DNA from: a virus
Length of the DNA stretch: 64,000 bases
Reading direction: 5' to 3' (one strand)
IMG/VR virus record: IMGVR_UViG_3300009149_000014
Coordinates: 52,186 to 116,185 of that record
Positions within the stretch are counted from its first letter, which is position 1. Each line of letters starts with the position of its first letter. Both the position numbers and the translations under genes were made by a program. The notes below the pieces were generated by a model. It made no database searches. It saw only the letters and a program-made list of their open reading frames with translations, and was not told where the DNA came from. Shown piece by piece: positions 39,165-47,045 of this stretch.

Positions 39165-39848
39165 ATGGCCCTTGACAAAATCAAATCCTTGCTCGCCAAA
39201 TCAGGCGTTTCGAAAGAACTCGCCACCCAAATCGTTGAGTCGATGGAAGAGTATAAAGCTACCGTGGTAGCCGAATCTCAGCAAGAGCTGGCCGCGAAAG
39301 TCAAGGCAGCTAAAACCGTAGTTCTCGAAGAAGTCGAATCGTACAAGACAGACTTGGCACGCCGAGTCCAATTGTTCTGCGAAAGCAAGAGTCAGACGAT
39401 TGAACAGCAATTGATGCGAAAATCCGCTGCAGGTGAAACTGAGGCAAAAGCCAAACTAACCAAAGTCTACGCCCTCCTAGAGGGAATCAACTTGAACGGC
39501 AAGCCAAACAGCCAACTCACAGCACAGCTCGCAGATGCTAAAAATCAACTAGGTCGTCTGGGCAAACAGCTACAAGCCACCAAAGCCCAAGCTGAGCGTT
39601 CAGCACGCATCGCAGAGAGCGTCATGGAGAAGAATCAAAAACTCATCAAGGAGAACAAAAATCTCCAAGGTGGAAAACTGATTCAAGAAGGAAAGGACAC
39701 CAAGGCAACCGCGACCGAACCAGGAATCGTAGTACCTGCCCGCAAACGAGCAGTTACAGAACAAGTCGTTACCGAAAGTGCACTAGCACCCAAAACTAAC
39801 AACACAACAACGAACCCAATCGACGCAATTGCCGCTCGAATGAGATAA
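39165..39848 (+). CDS. Prohead scaffolding protein (gp22-like)
   Basis: Coiled-coil protein between the protease and MCP; GGGAG RBS before ATG 39165. Confidence 0.8.
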   Translation: MALDKIKSLLAKSGVSKELATQIVESMEEYKATVVAESQQELAAKVKAAKTVVLEEVESYKTDLARRVQLFCESKSQTIEQQLMRKSAAGETEAKAKLTKVYALLEGINLNGKPNSQLTAQLADAKNQLGRLGKQLQATKAQAERSARIAESVMEKNQKLIKENKNLQGGKLIQEGKDTKATATEPGIVVPARKRAVTEQVVTESALAPKTNNTTTNPIDAIAARMR

Positions 39849-39909
39849 TCCAGTTATCTCAACACACGAAACCAAAACCTAAACAAACTGACTCTTAGAG
39901 GTAACAATA

Positions 39910-41460
39910 ATGTTAGCCACACCAAACCCAGCAGAACACAAAGACTACCGCGTCATCACCGAAGGAAGCCACAGCCTCGTTAAAAAGTGGGCTTCGGTCA
40001 TCAAAAAGTGCCCCGAGATTCCAAAGCACCGCCTCCCAACCTTCGCTCGCGTACTGGACAACCAGTACAAGATCATGGAAGGCCGAGGCAACGGCAACGG
40101 TTTCGGACTCATCACTGAAGATGTAACCACAACCAACAACCTGGCCGATTTCACCCGCTTCGCCCTCCCAATGATCCGCAAGAGCTACGCCAAGCTCATC
40201 AGCGACAACTTGGTCGGCGTACAGCCAATGAGCCAACCAGCCTCGTTGATCTTCTACATCCGATACCGCTACGCACTGACCAAGGGCCAAACACAAGCTG
40301 GCACCCAAATCATGCGTCAGAACACATCACAATCCTTCAGCCGCTACAACGGCTGGGCGATCGACCCATACTACTCCAGCCAGGAAGTTCGAGGTGAAGA
40401 CCTCACCATCGGCGGTGGCAGCACAGTAGTAAGCGGAACCCTGGCACACCGTCCAGTTCTCGCAGGCTCAGTAATGGTCGAAGTCTTCAGCAACGCTGCA
40501 GACGCCAACCCACAATGCGACGACGCCGTACCATGCTTGCGAATCACCTTCGACAGCAACGGCGACCCAGACGGTGTTGCAATCGGTGACTGCACCGACT
40601 TCACCACCGCAATCGCAGTCGACCTCATCACTCCAAACGCAACCGTCTTCGACCACACCAGTGGCCAAGTCACCGTTACTCTATCCTCTGGATCATTTCC
40701 AGTCGACGCAGTAGCCCGCGTTAACTACGAGTACGACCTCGAAGCCAACCCACTTCAGCCAGAAGTAACCTTGAGCATCGACAGCGACTCAGTTGCTGCC
40801 ACAACTCGCCGATTGAAGACCAGCTGGTCCCTTGAAGCAGCTCAAGACATGAAGGCAGTCTACGACATGGACGCCGAAGACACCCTCCTCAACCTCATGG
40901 CTGACGAAGTAGTTGCCGAAGTCGACCGCGAAATCCTCAACGACCTCCTGGTCGCTGCAGCAATCCGATCGACCCACAACTTCGCAACCGCAGCCGGTGC
41001 CTCCGTCAACTTCAGCGACCGAAACTTGGCCCTCATGTACAAGGTTCTTGAGATGAGTAACATCATCCACCGAACCACACTACGTGGACCAGCCAACTGG
41101 ATGGTCACCTCAGCTGACTTGAGCAGCAAGTTCGAGCAACTGAACGACTTCCGAGCATCCGACGCATTCGCCACCGAAGGCGTAAACCTCGGAATCCTCA
41201 ACGTCGGACAACTCCAAAGCCGCATGAAGCTGTACAAAGACCCATTGTTCCCCAACTGTAAAATCCTCATGGGATTCAAGGGACCAACGGCTCTCGACAC
41301 GGGGTACATCTACGCACCATATGTACCACTTCTCTCCACTCCGACCGTCATGAATCCAGATTCCTTCGTCCCATCGAAGGGAGTGATGACTAGGTATGGC
41401 AAGAAGCTTTTGGAAGATGGTGGTCTCTTCTATGCTACCCTTAACGTGACAAATCTCTAA
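39910..41460 (+). CDS. Major capsid protein (T4 gp23-like)
   Basis: LVGVQPMSQP, RRLKTSWSLEAAQD, EVDREIL, GYIYAPYVPL, KGVMTRYG; GAGGT RBS. Confidence 0.97.
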   Translation: MLATPNPAEHKDYRVITEGSHSLVKKWASVIKKCPEIPKHRLPTFARVLDNQYKIMEGRGNGNGFGLITEDVTTTNNLADFTRFALPMIRKSYAKLISDNLVGVQPMSQPASLIFYIRYRYALTKGQTQAGTQIMRQNTSQSFSRYNGWAIDPYYSSQEVRGEDLTIGGGSTVVSGTLAHRPVLAGSVMVEVFSNAADANPQCDDAVPCLRITFDSNGDPDGVAIGDCTDFTTAIAVDLITPNATVFDHTSGQVTVTLSSGSFPVDAVARVNYEYDLEANPLQPEVTLSIDSDSVAATTRRLKTSWSLEAAQDMKAVYDMDAEDTLLNLMADEVVAEVDREILNDLLVAAAIRSTHNFATAAGASVNFSDRNLALMYKVLEMSNIIHRTTLRGPANWMVTSADLSSKFEQLNDFRASDAFATEGVNLGILNVGQLQSRMKLYKDPLFPNCKILMGFKGPTALDTGYIYAPYVPLLSTPTVMNPDSFVPSKGVMTRYGKKLLEDGGLFYATLNVTNL

Positions 41461-41493
41461 ACGAGATTAACCCGTTAAAACGAAAACGATACG

Positions 41494-41525
41494 AGAAAGC
41501 CCGGTTAACGCCGGGCTTTCTTTTT
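41494..41525 (+). terminator. Intrinsic terminator after the MCP gene
   Basis: AGAAAGCCCGG / CCGGGCTTTCT stem, then a T run. Confidence 0.85.
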
Positions 41526-41560
41526 ATATATGCCATATTCATCTAATGTTATGTTTCTTG

Positions 41561-41620
41561 TTCTAAATATAACACATATCAAATCGCTCAAACATAATTT
41601 GATATGTGTTATATTTAGAA
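41561..41620. repeat. Perfect 24-bp inverted repeat with a 12-nt spacer
   Basis: TTCTAAATATAACACATATCAAAT ... ATTTGATATGTGTTATATTTAGAA. Confidence 0.95.
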
Positions 41621-41644
41621 ACAATAATCGCATGATGGAAAAAC

Positions 41645-43480
41645 ATGGCAAAATTCAATTTAACAATAGATCAATTAATATTAGAACTTGTATCAAAAAC
41701 ATCTGGCCAAATAGGTCGTGAATATGGTGTTAGTACAACAACCGTCACCAACAGAATCAAAAAGCTTGGCCTTGGTCATTTGATCACTAAGCAGAAAAAA
41801 GAGCTTGATGAAACGGCGGTGGTCGAAAGATATAAAAACGGCGAGTCGGCTCGTTCAATATCGATTGAATTGAAAGTTGACTATCGTACCATCAGAAGAA
41901 TTCTTAAGAGCCACGAAGTCACTATTATTCATCCAGGTATACGTACCTATGTTCTTAATGAAAATGTGTTTGAGTGTATCGACACTCCAGAAAAAGCTTA
42001 TTGGGTTGGGTTCTTATTAGCTGATGGACATTTATCGTCAAAGTCTGGGATACAAATATCATTAGCAAAGTATGATGATATTTTACTCAAACGATTTGCA
42101 TCATTTGTAGGATGTGATGATCCTAACTTGTGGTCAAGTCCACGACGTCACCCCAAAGCAATGTTTAATTTTCAATCAAAAAAGATGGGAAAGGATCTTA
42201 GAGATAAAGGATTTGACGATTGGAAAGATGGAACAAGTCAAGTAATACTTGACAGTATCCCGGATTACTTATTCCATCATTTCGTTCGTGGATATTTTGA
42301 CGGTGATGGTAGTATATCTTATCAACGTATTAGATTAAAGAGTGGTCTTAAAGGCCATAAAATGCATTGGACGGCATCGATTGTTTGTAAATTCGAAAAC
42401 CACCTGCGAGCAATTGGGTCTAGACTTCCAATTGCTACATGGAAAGTTAAAGAACGAACTACTATTTTTACATTGTTGTTCAGCAATAAGTCCAATGTCA
42501 GATCTTTAGGAGAGTATATCTATCAAGATGTTGAAGAATTGTTCCTTGATAGGAAAAAGGTCCGATTTGACATTTTGAATGATATGTATCCATTTTTTAT
42601 GAAAACGATTCATGATTTTTATATCCCTCGTGGTGTCGATCGTCTTTCTATAGTTGATCAATTTACAGAATGTCTCTTGAGAACTGGGTGGAAGACTAAG
42701 AGAGATTCGTTCACACCATTGTTAGAAAAGACAATTGATTCTCTAGATGCTATTATAGATGACGAGTTGAAAATCGCTTCTAACAATCCTGATAATGCAT
42801 TGTTTGAACATTGCCAACCTTGGATCAATTGGATTAAACTTGGGAATTCGACGCCAATAGCGGATTTTAGAACCAAACCGGGCAGGGTTAGAAGAGGCGT
42901 GCAGGCTTTCTTAGAAAGAGGATCTTTGAATCCTGAACGTCTTGTTAGAGAGATGAAATTTGTTGGTTTTTGTAGGGCGAGCTTGTTGAGTGCTGGTACC
43001 ATTATCAGAGCAGTTAGACACTTTAAATTGTCAGGTTCATGGTTTGACCCATGTGCAGGGTGGGGGAATAGATTGTTAGCTGCTTATTATTTGAATATTC
43101 CATATTCAGCCTGTGATCCAGGTATTTCTTTTTCTGGCCTTGAATATTTAAATGACAAATTAGACAATTTTGCCGATCTACAAAAATTGCCATGGCAAGA
43201 AGCAGCTTGGCAAAAGAGTGATTTTGTTTTGACTAGTCCGCCGTTTTATAATAAGGAAGACTATTTAGACGGCACTGAATATGGAAAGTTCGATGATTGG
43301 TGTGATGGTTTTTTGAAACCATTGACAGAGAAATCATTGAATCAATCTGAGAAAGTGTTGTTTCACACGGATGAACGGATGGCCGAATATCTAATGAAAT
43401 TAGGCGGAGTACCGCACCAATTGATTATTCCGAGCCGTTCTAAAAGTTCTAAAGAATTTTTTGTTTTGTTTGAAAGGTAA
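41645..43480 (+). CDS. HTH plus double-motif LAGLIDADG homing endonuclease fused to an amino-DNA methyltransferase
   Basis: N-terminal HTH repeats; YWVGFLLADG and FVRGYFDGDG; C-terminal motif I (FDPCAGWGNRL) and motif IV (TSPPFY). Confidence 0.8.
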   Translation: MAKFNLTIDQLILELVSKTSGQIGREYGVSTTTVTNRIKKLGLGHLITKQKKELDETAVVERYKNGESARSISIELKVDYRTIRRILKSHEVTIIHPGIRTYVLNENVFECIDTPEKAYWVGFLLADGHLSSKSGIQISLAKYDDILLKRFASFVGCDDPNLWSSPRRHPKAMFNFQSKKMGKDLRDKGFDDWKDGTSQVILDSIPDYLFHHFVRGYFDGDGSISYQRIRLKSGLKGHKMHWTASIVCKFENHLRAIGSRLPIATWKVKERTTIFTLLFSNKSNVRSLGEYIYQDVEELFLDRKKVRFDILNDMYPFFMKTIHDFYIPRGVDRLSIVDQFTECLLRTGWKTKRDSFTPLLEKTIDSLDAIIDDELKIASNNPDNALFEHCQPWINWIKLGNSTPIADFRTKPGRVRRGVQAFLERGSLNPERLVREMKFVGFCRASLLSAGTIIRAVRHFKLSGSWFDPCAGWGNRLLAAYYLNIPYSACDPGISFSGLEYLNDKLDNFADLQKLPWQEAAWQKSDFVLTSPPFYNKEDYLDGTEYGKFDDWCDGFLKPLTEKSLNQSEKVLFHTDERMAEYLMKLGGVPHQLIIPSRSKSSKEFFVLFER

Positions 43481-43674
43481 ATCTTGCGAAGCGGCATCAT
43501 TCGAATGAGTCGATCCTTGGTTTCTTTGAATCTTTTGCTCGGGAGCGTTGTAAGAGAGTTGTAAATTCTTTGCCTTCTGGTGAGGGTGTGAGTAATAAGG
43601 CTTTTGGTCAAGTGATCGTTGATAAATTGTGCGATGAGGTAGGAACTTAGCTGATTTTCTTTCATTGAATAACG

Positions 43675-43710
43675 AAGAGCCCGGTGAAGAGATTCGTCGG
43701 GCTCTTTTTG
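43675..43710 (+). terminator. Intrinsic terminator
   Basis: AAGAGCCCG / CGGGCTCTT stem with a T tail. Confidence 0.75.
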
Positions 43711-43724
43711 TGGGTGTGGAGAGA

Positions 43725-43734
43725 CAAATATAGT
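43725..43734 (+). promoter_or_regulatory. Putative late promoter CAAATATAGT
   Basis: Directly after a terminator and before the GGAG RBS and ATG 43764. Confidence 0.5.
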
Positions 43735-43763
43735 GGGTTTGGTCAATTTGTGTGGAGTTTATT

Positions 43764-45329
43764 ATGAAACTTTCTTTTATCAGTGAGTCGGATCATGGTC
43801 CAGCTTATCATAATGTTGATTCTGTTCATGATTTGTTGGGTAAGTCTCCTGCTAGATTGTTTGATTTGATTGATAAGATTACTTTGCCTCGTGATCCTAG
43901 TCGTATGGAGCGTAATCGTGGGGTTTATAGGGATGGTGTGGAGATTGATAATGATTTTTTGAGCCCTAGTGAGGCTAAGGCTTTGAAGTTGTTTTTGGGT
44001 GGGCCGACGAGGAATCAGGCTTATAGGAGTAATCCTTATAACAATGATGATGTTGGGGAGCTGTCTGGTAGCAATTTATCTGAGATTAGTCGTGCTTTGG
44101 GTGTCAATGATCCTATGGTTAGGACGTTGCTTGCTTCTGCGAAACGCAAGCTTGAGATTAATTTGCAGTCGGGCAGCAGCTTTGATGATGTTATTGGTGA
44201 GTCGGGTGAATCAGATGACACTGAGTCGGTTATTAAGGCTGCTAAGATGGTGGTTCAGATATGGAATGATTATACCAAGTTGAATAATTATGCTGAGCCT
44301 GTTGAAGATATTGATGATTATCTTGCGGATGTTGAGGATGGTGAGCCTTTGATGATACCTTTTATAGATGCTGGTTCTAAGTGGGAGGGGCTTAGTAAAC
44401 GGGGTGTAAAAGTTGGTGGTGATTTGGCTAGTGTTGTTGGTGATATTGTTGATTTTGTTAATGAATATTTCGATCTGGAGGAGTATCTTTATTATGGTTG
44501 GGAGCTTGATAGGGGTCGTGCGACGTTTAAGGTTGGTATGAATGTTGAAACTGGTGATCTAGAGGATGCTTATGATAGTGGTGTTGATTCTAGGTGGGAT
44601 CAGGAAGCAGACTCATCAGAAAAGGATTTCATGAGTGGGAGTATCACCGAAAGTGTTGAATCTCTTGATTATCGTACTTTGATTAATCAATTGGTTAATG
44701 CTGATAAAGAAACAATTCAAAAGGTTGCTGCTTCTTCTGATAGACCATTTGTACAAGCTGTTGTAGATGCTTTGTTGCCCAAATTCGATGAGGTGTCTGG
44801 GCGTTACGGTGTTAAATATTCTGATGATTTTGCTCCTTGGTATAGTGATGCGAAACATGGGCTTCACTTGGAGGCTCAGAAGTACGACGGTGAGCCTTTT
44901 ATGATTGAGTTGCATGATGCTGATGATGAGTTTGGTCGTGATGTTTATGATAAGTTGATTAAGCCGGAGCATAAGCTTGGTTCTAAGGCGATTGGTTGGG
45001 CGGCTGGTTTCGAATTTGAAGGTTATGAGACTTTGGTTGTTATTGAGATTCAGTCTGATCTTATTCGTGGTGCGTTGGCCGAACAATCTGATATTAACAG
45101 GAGGATTCTTTCTTCTTTTAGCAATTGGCAAGATGAGTTGATCCAAATGATCAGAAGGTATGCCGATCAGAAAGGGTTGGGGGTTATTAGATTTCCGACT
45201 GCTAGGAAATTAGGTCGATTTTGGCGAAGTGTCGGAGAGAAGCCTAACATGAAGTATCTTAAAGCTTTGTATGATAAGAAGTTTCGTGATGTTGCGGTTA
45301 AAAAGAATGATTGGTGGGTTTTAAAATAA
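43764..45329 (+). CDS. Multidomain probable head-internal protein: sigma region 4-like HTH, acidic domain, and EIQSD domain
   Basis: MKLSFISE|S start; LSPSEAKALKLFLG..LSEISRALGV..VRTLLASAKRKL; C-terminal LVVIEIQSD..WQDELIQMIRRYADQKG. Confidence 0.6.
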   Translation: MKLSFISESDHGPAYHNVDSVHDLLGKSPARLFDLIDKITLPRDPSRMERNRGVYRDGVEIDNDFLSPSEAKALKLFLGGPTRNQAYRSNPYNNDDVGELSGSNLSEISRALGVNDPMVRTLLASAKRKLEINLQSGSSFDDVIGESGESDDTESVIKAAKMVVQIWNDYTKLNNYAEPVEDIDDYLADVEDGEPLMIPFIDAGSKWEGLSKRGVKVGGDLASVVGDIVDFVNEYFDLEEYLYYGWELDRGRATFKVGMNVETGDLEDAYDSGVDSRWDQEADSSEKDFMSGSITESVESLDYRTLINQLVNADKETIQKVAASSDRPFVQAVVDALLPKFDEVSGRYGVKYSDDFAPWYSDAKHGLHLEAQKYDGEPFMIELHDADDEFGRDVYDKLIKPEHKLGSKAIGWAAGFEFEGYETLVVIEIQSDLIRGALAEQSDINRRILSSFSNWQDELIQMIRRYADQKGLGVIRFPTARKLGRFWRSVGEKPNMKYLKALYDKKFRDVAVKKNDWWVLK

Positions 45330-45385
45330 AGTCGTTGGGTATCCTCGGTCAGAAATGGTCAGGCTTTTTTGTAGGTGTTGAGAGC

Positions 45386-45395
45386 CAAATATAAT
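45386..45395 (+). promoter_or_regulatory. Putative late promoter CAAATATAAT
   Basis: Identical to 34855; upstream of the GAGG RBS and ATG 45423. Confidence 0.5.
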
Positions 45396-45422
45396 TGGAA
45401 CATTTTTCTATTGAGGCTCGTC

Positions 45423-46256
45423 ATGAAATTGTCGTCGATTCACTCTTCTTTTGTGGCACTCCGTATCAAATTGTTGACTGAGGGGCTTATTCTAGAAGCG
45501 GTGAGCAGTAATGATGCAAATGAGGCATATAACAAGTTCTTGAAATCTGGGGATATGAATGATTTTGGGGTATTTTATACTTATTTCATTGATCGTAAGG
45601 ATATGATCGAGAGAAGGATGAAGTTGGCTTATGGTGATTATGCTATTGAGTCGGTCGATTTGGAATCTGCGATTCAGGATACTGCTGAGTATTTCTTAAG
45701 GGCGAAAAAAGATTTTGGGCATAATGTTGCTTATTTTTGGAGACTTATTCGACTTCGTATAGTTCGTTTGATGGATAAGCACAATAAGTCTGTTAAAGGT
45801 CATGGTGATACGACTAGAGGTGACTTTCCAGGGGCTCAATTTGAGCCTGGTTCTAATGAGGATTTTCTTAATCAGTCTCCTGCTAGATTGTTTGATATTA
45901 TTGATCAGTTTATTATGGATCGTCAACCTCAGTCTCTTGAAGTTAGACGTGGTTTTTACATTCGTAATGGGCAGAAGATTAAGATTGATAATTCTTTGTT
46001 GACTCCTCGTGAGGCTAAGGCTTTGAAGTTGTCGTTGGGTGGTGTTGGTAATAATCCCAAGTATCGATCTACTCCTTATACTGGTCCGAAAGCTGATGGT
46101 GGTGTGATATCTGGTATGGCTTTTAAACAGATTGGACAGGAGCTTGGGGGTGTGTCTGGTGTGGCTGTGAAGAATATAATTGATAAGGCTAAAGAAAAAT
46201 TGGCACAACATCTTCATTCGACGGATATTAGCCAAGTCGGTGTTGCCGATTATTGA
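45423..46256 (+). CDS. Sigma70/ECF-like factor with an N-terminal propeptide
   Basis: Region 2-like (DLESAIQDTAEYFL..AYFWRLIRLRIVRLMDK) and region 4 HTH (LTPREAKALKL..GMAFKQIGQELGGVSGVAVKNIIDKAKEKL). Confidence 0.65.
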   Translation: MKLSSIHSSFVALRIKLLTEGLILEAVSSNDANEAYNKFLKSGDMNDFGVFYTYFIDRKDMIERRMKLAYGDYAIESVDLESAIQDTAEYFLRAKKDFGHNVAYFWRLIRLRIVRLMDKHNKSVKGHGDTTRGDFPGAQFEPGSNEDFLNQSPARLFDIIDQFIMDRQPQSLEVRRGFYIRNGQKIKIDNSLLTPREAKALKLSLGGVGNNPKYRSTPYTGPKADGGVISGMAFKQIGQELGGVSGVAVKNIIDKAKEKLAQHLHSTDISQVGVADY

Positions 46257-46307
46257 AACAAAAATATTCTTATAGACCAAGTGTCACGTTTTTGAAATAG
46301 GTTCTTG

Positions 46308-47045
46308 ATGTATACTATTCTTGAATATCGCATCGATTGTGCTCTTGGTTTAATATCCGAGGCCGATCGCCGTAGTTTTTTGAAAAAGATGGGTCAAATT
46401 GGTGGATCGATTGCTACTGGTGGTGGTCCTGTGGGGGTTATTGCTAAGATGGCTATGGGTGAGGTTGGTGGGTCTGATCCTTTAGCTCATATTTCTGATG
46501 ATGAAATAATCGACATGCCTGAGAAAGATTGGATCAATTTGATTCCTTCTACACGTTTATTGAAAATCCTGGCTCGTAATGATTATGATGTCGACGGAGA
46601 ATTGACAAATAAGCTTATGAAGGTCGTGATCTATGGCGTTCAGTATATGGCAAAAGATACTTCGTTGGAAATGATGAAGAAGTATCTTGAGAAGGTTGGG
46701 TATGATACGAAGCGTGGATTATTTGATGCTTTGACCAATAGCGATATTTACCATGGTGCTTATGCGGAGGCTGAAGGTAAAATGGCTGCTAATGGCATCC
46801 AAGCTTTAGAAAAAATTGGTATTAGTGTGCCCTCTAGTATTAAGAGGAAGGCTTTTGAGATAAATTCGGAGATGCGTCAAATGGAAATACAAGCTGATCA
46901 GGAGGCGATGGAAAGGGATCAGAAGAGGAAGGAGGATCTGAAGAGGAGAAAGGATCGAGACAATGATGCTAAATATAATAATGCTAAGATGCATCAGCCT
47001 TTTGAATCTAAACTTGAAAAAGCCTTATCAGCAATATTCGGATGA
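46308..47045 (+). CDS. Hypothetical probable head-internal protein with a twin-arginine-like motif
   Basis: LISE|ADRRSFLKKMG followed by a Gly-rich, weakly hydrophobic segment. Confidence 0.55.
   Translation: MYTILEYRIDCALGLISEADRRSFLKKMGQIGGSIATGGGPVGVIAKMAMGEVGGSDPLAHISDDEIIDMPEKDWINLIPSTRLLKILARNDYDVDGELTNKLMKVVIYGVQYMAKDTSLEMMKKYLEKVGYDTKRGLFDALTNSDIYHGAYAEAEGKMAANGIQALEKIGISVPSSIKRKAFEINSEMRQMEIQADQEAMERDQKRKEDLKRRKDRDNDAKYNNAKMHQPFESKLEKALSAIFG

Noticed and set aside
41645-43480. Group I intron housing the endonuclease
   Set aside because: The MCP gene is complete with its own terminator, and no interrupted host gene or intron core was recognised.
44616-46280. Minus-strand ORFs of 176 and 194 aa
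   Set aside because: Shadow frames produced by the strong G/T codon bias of the plus-strand genes; no motifs.
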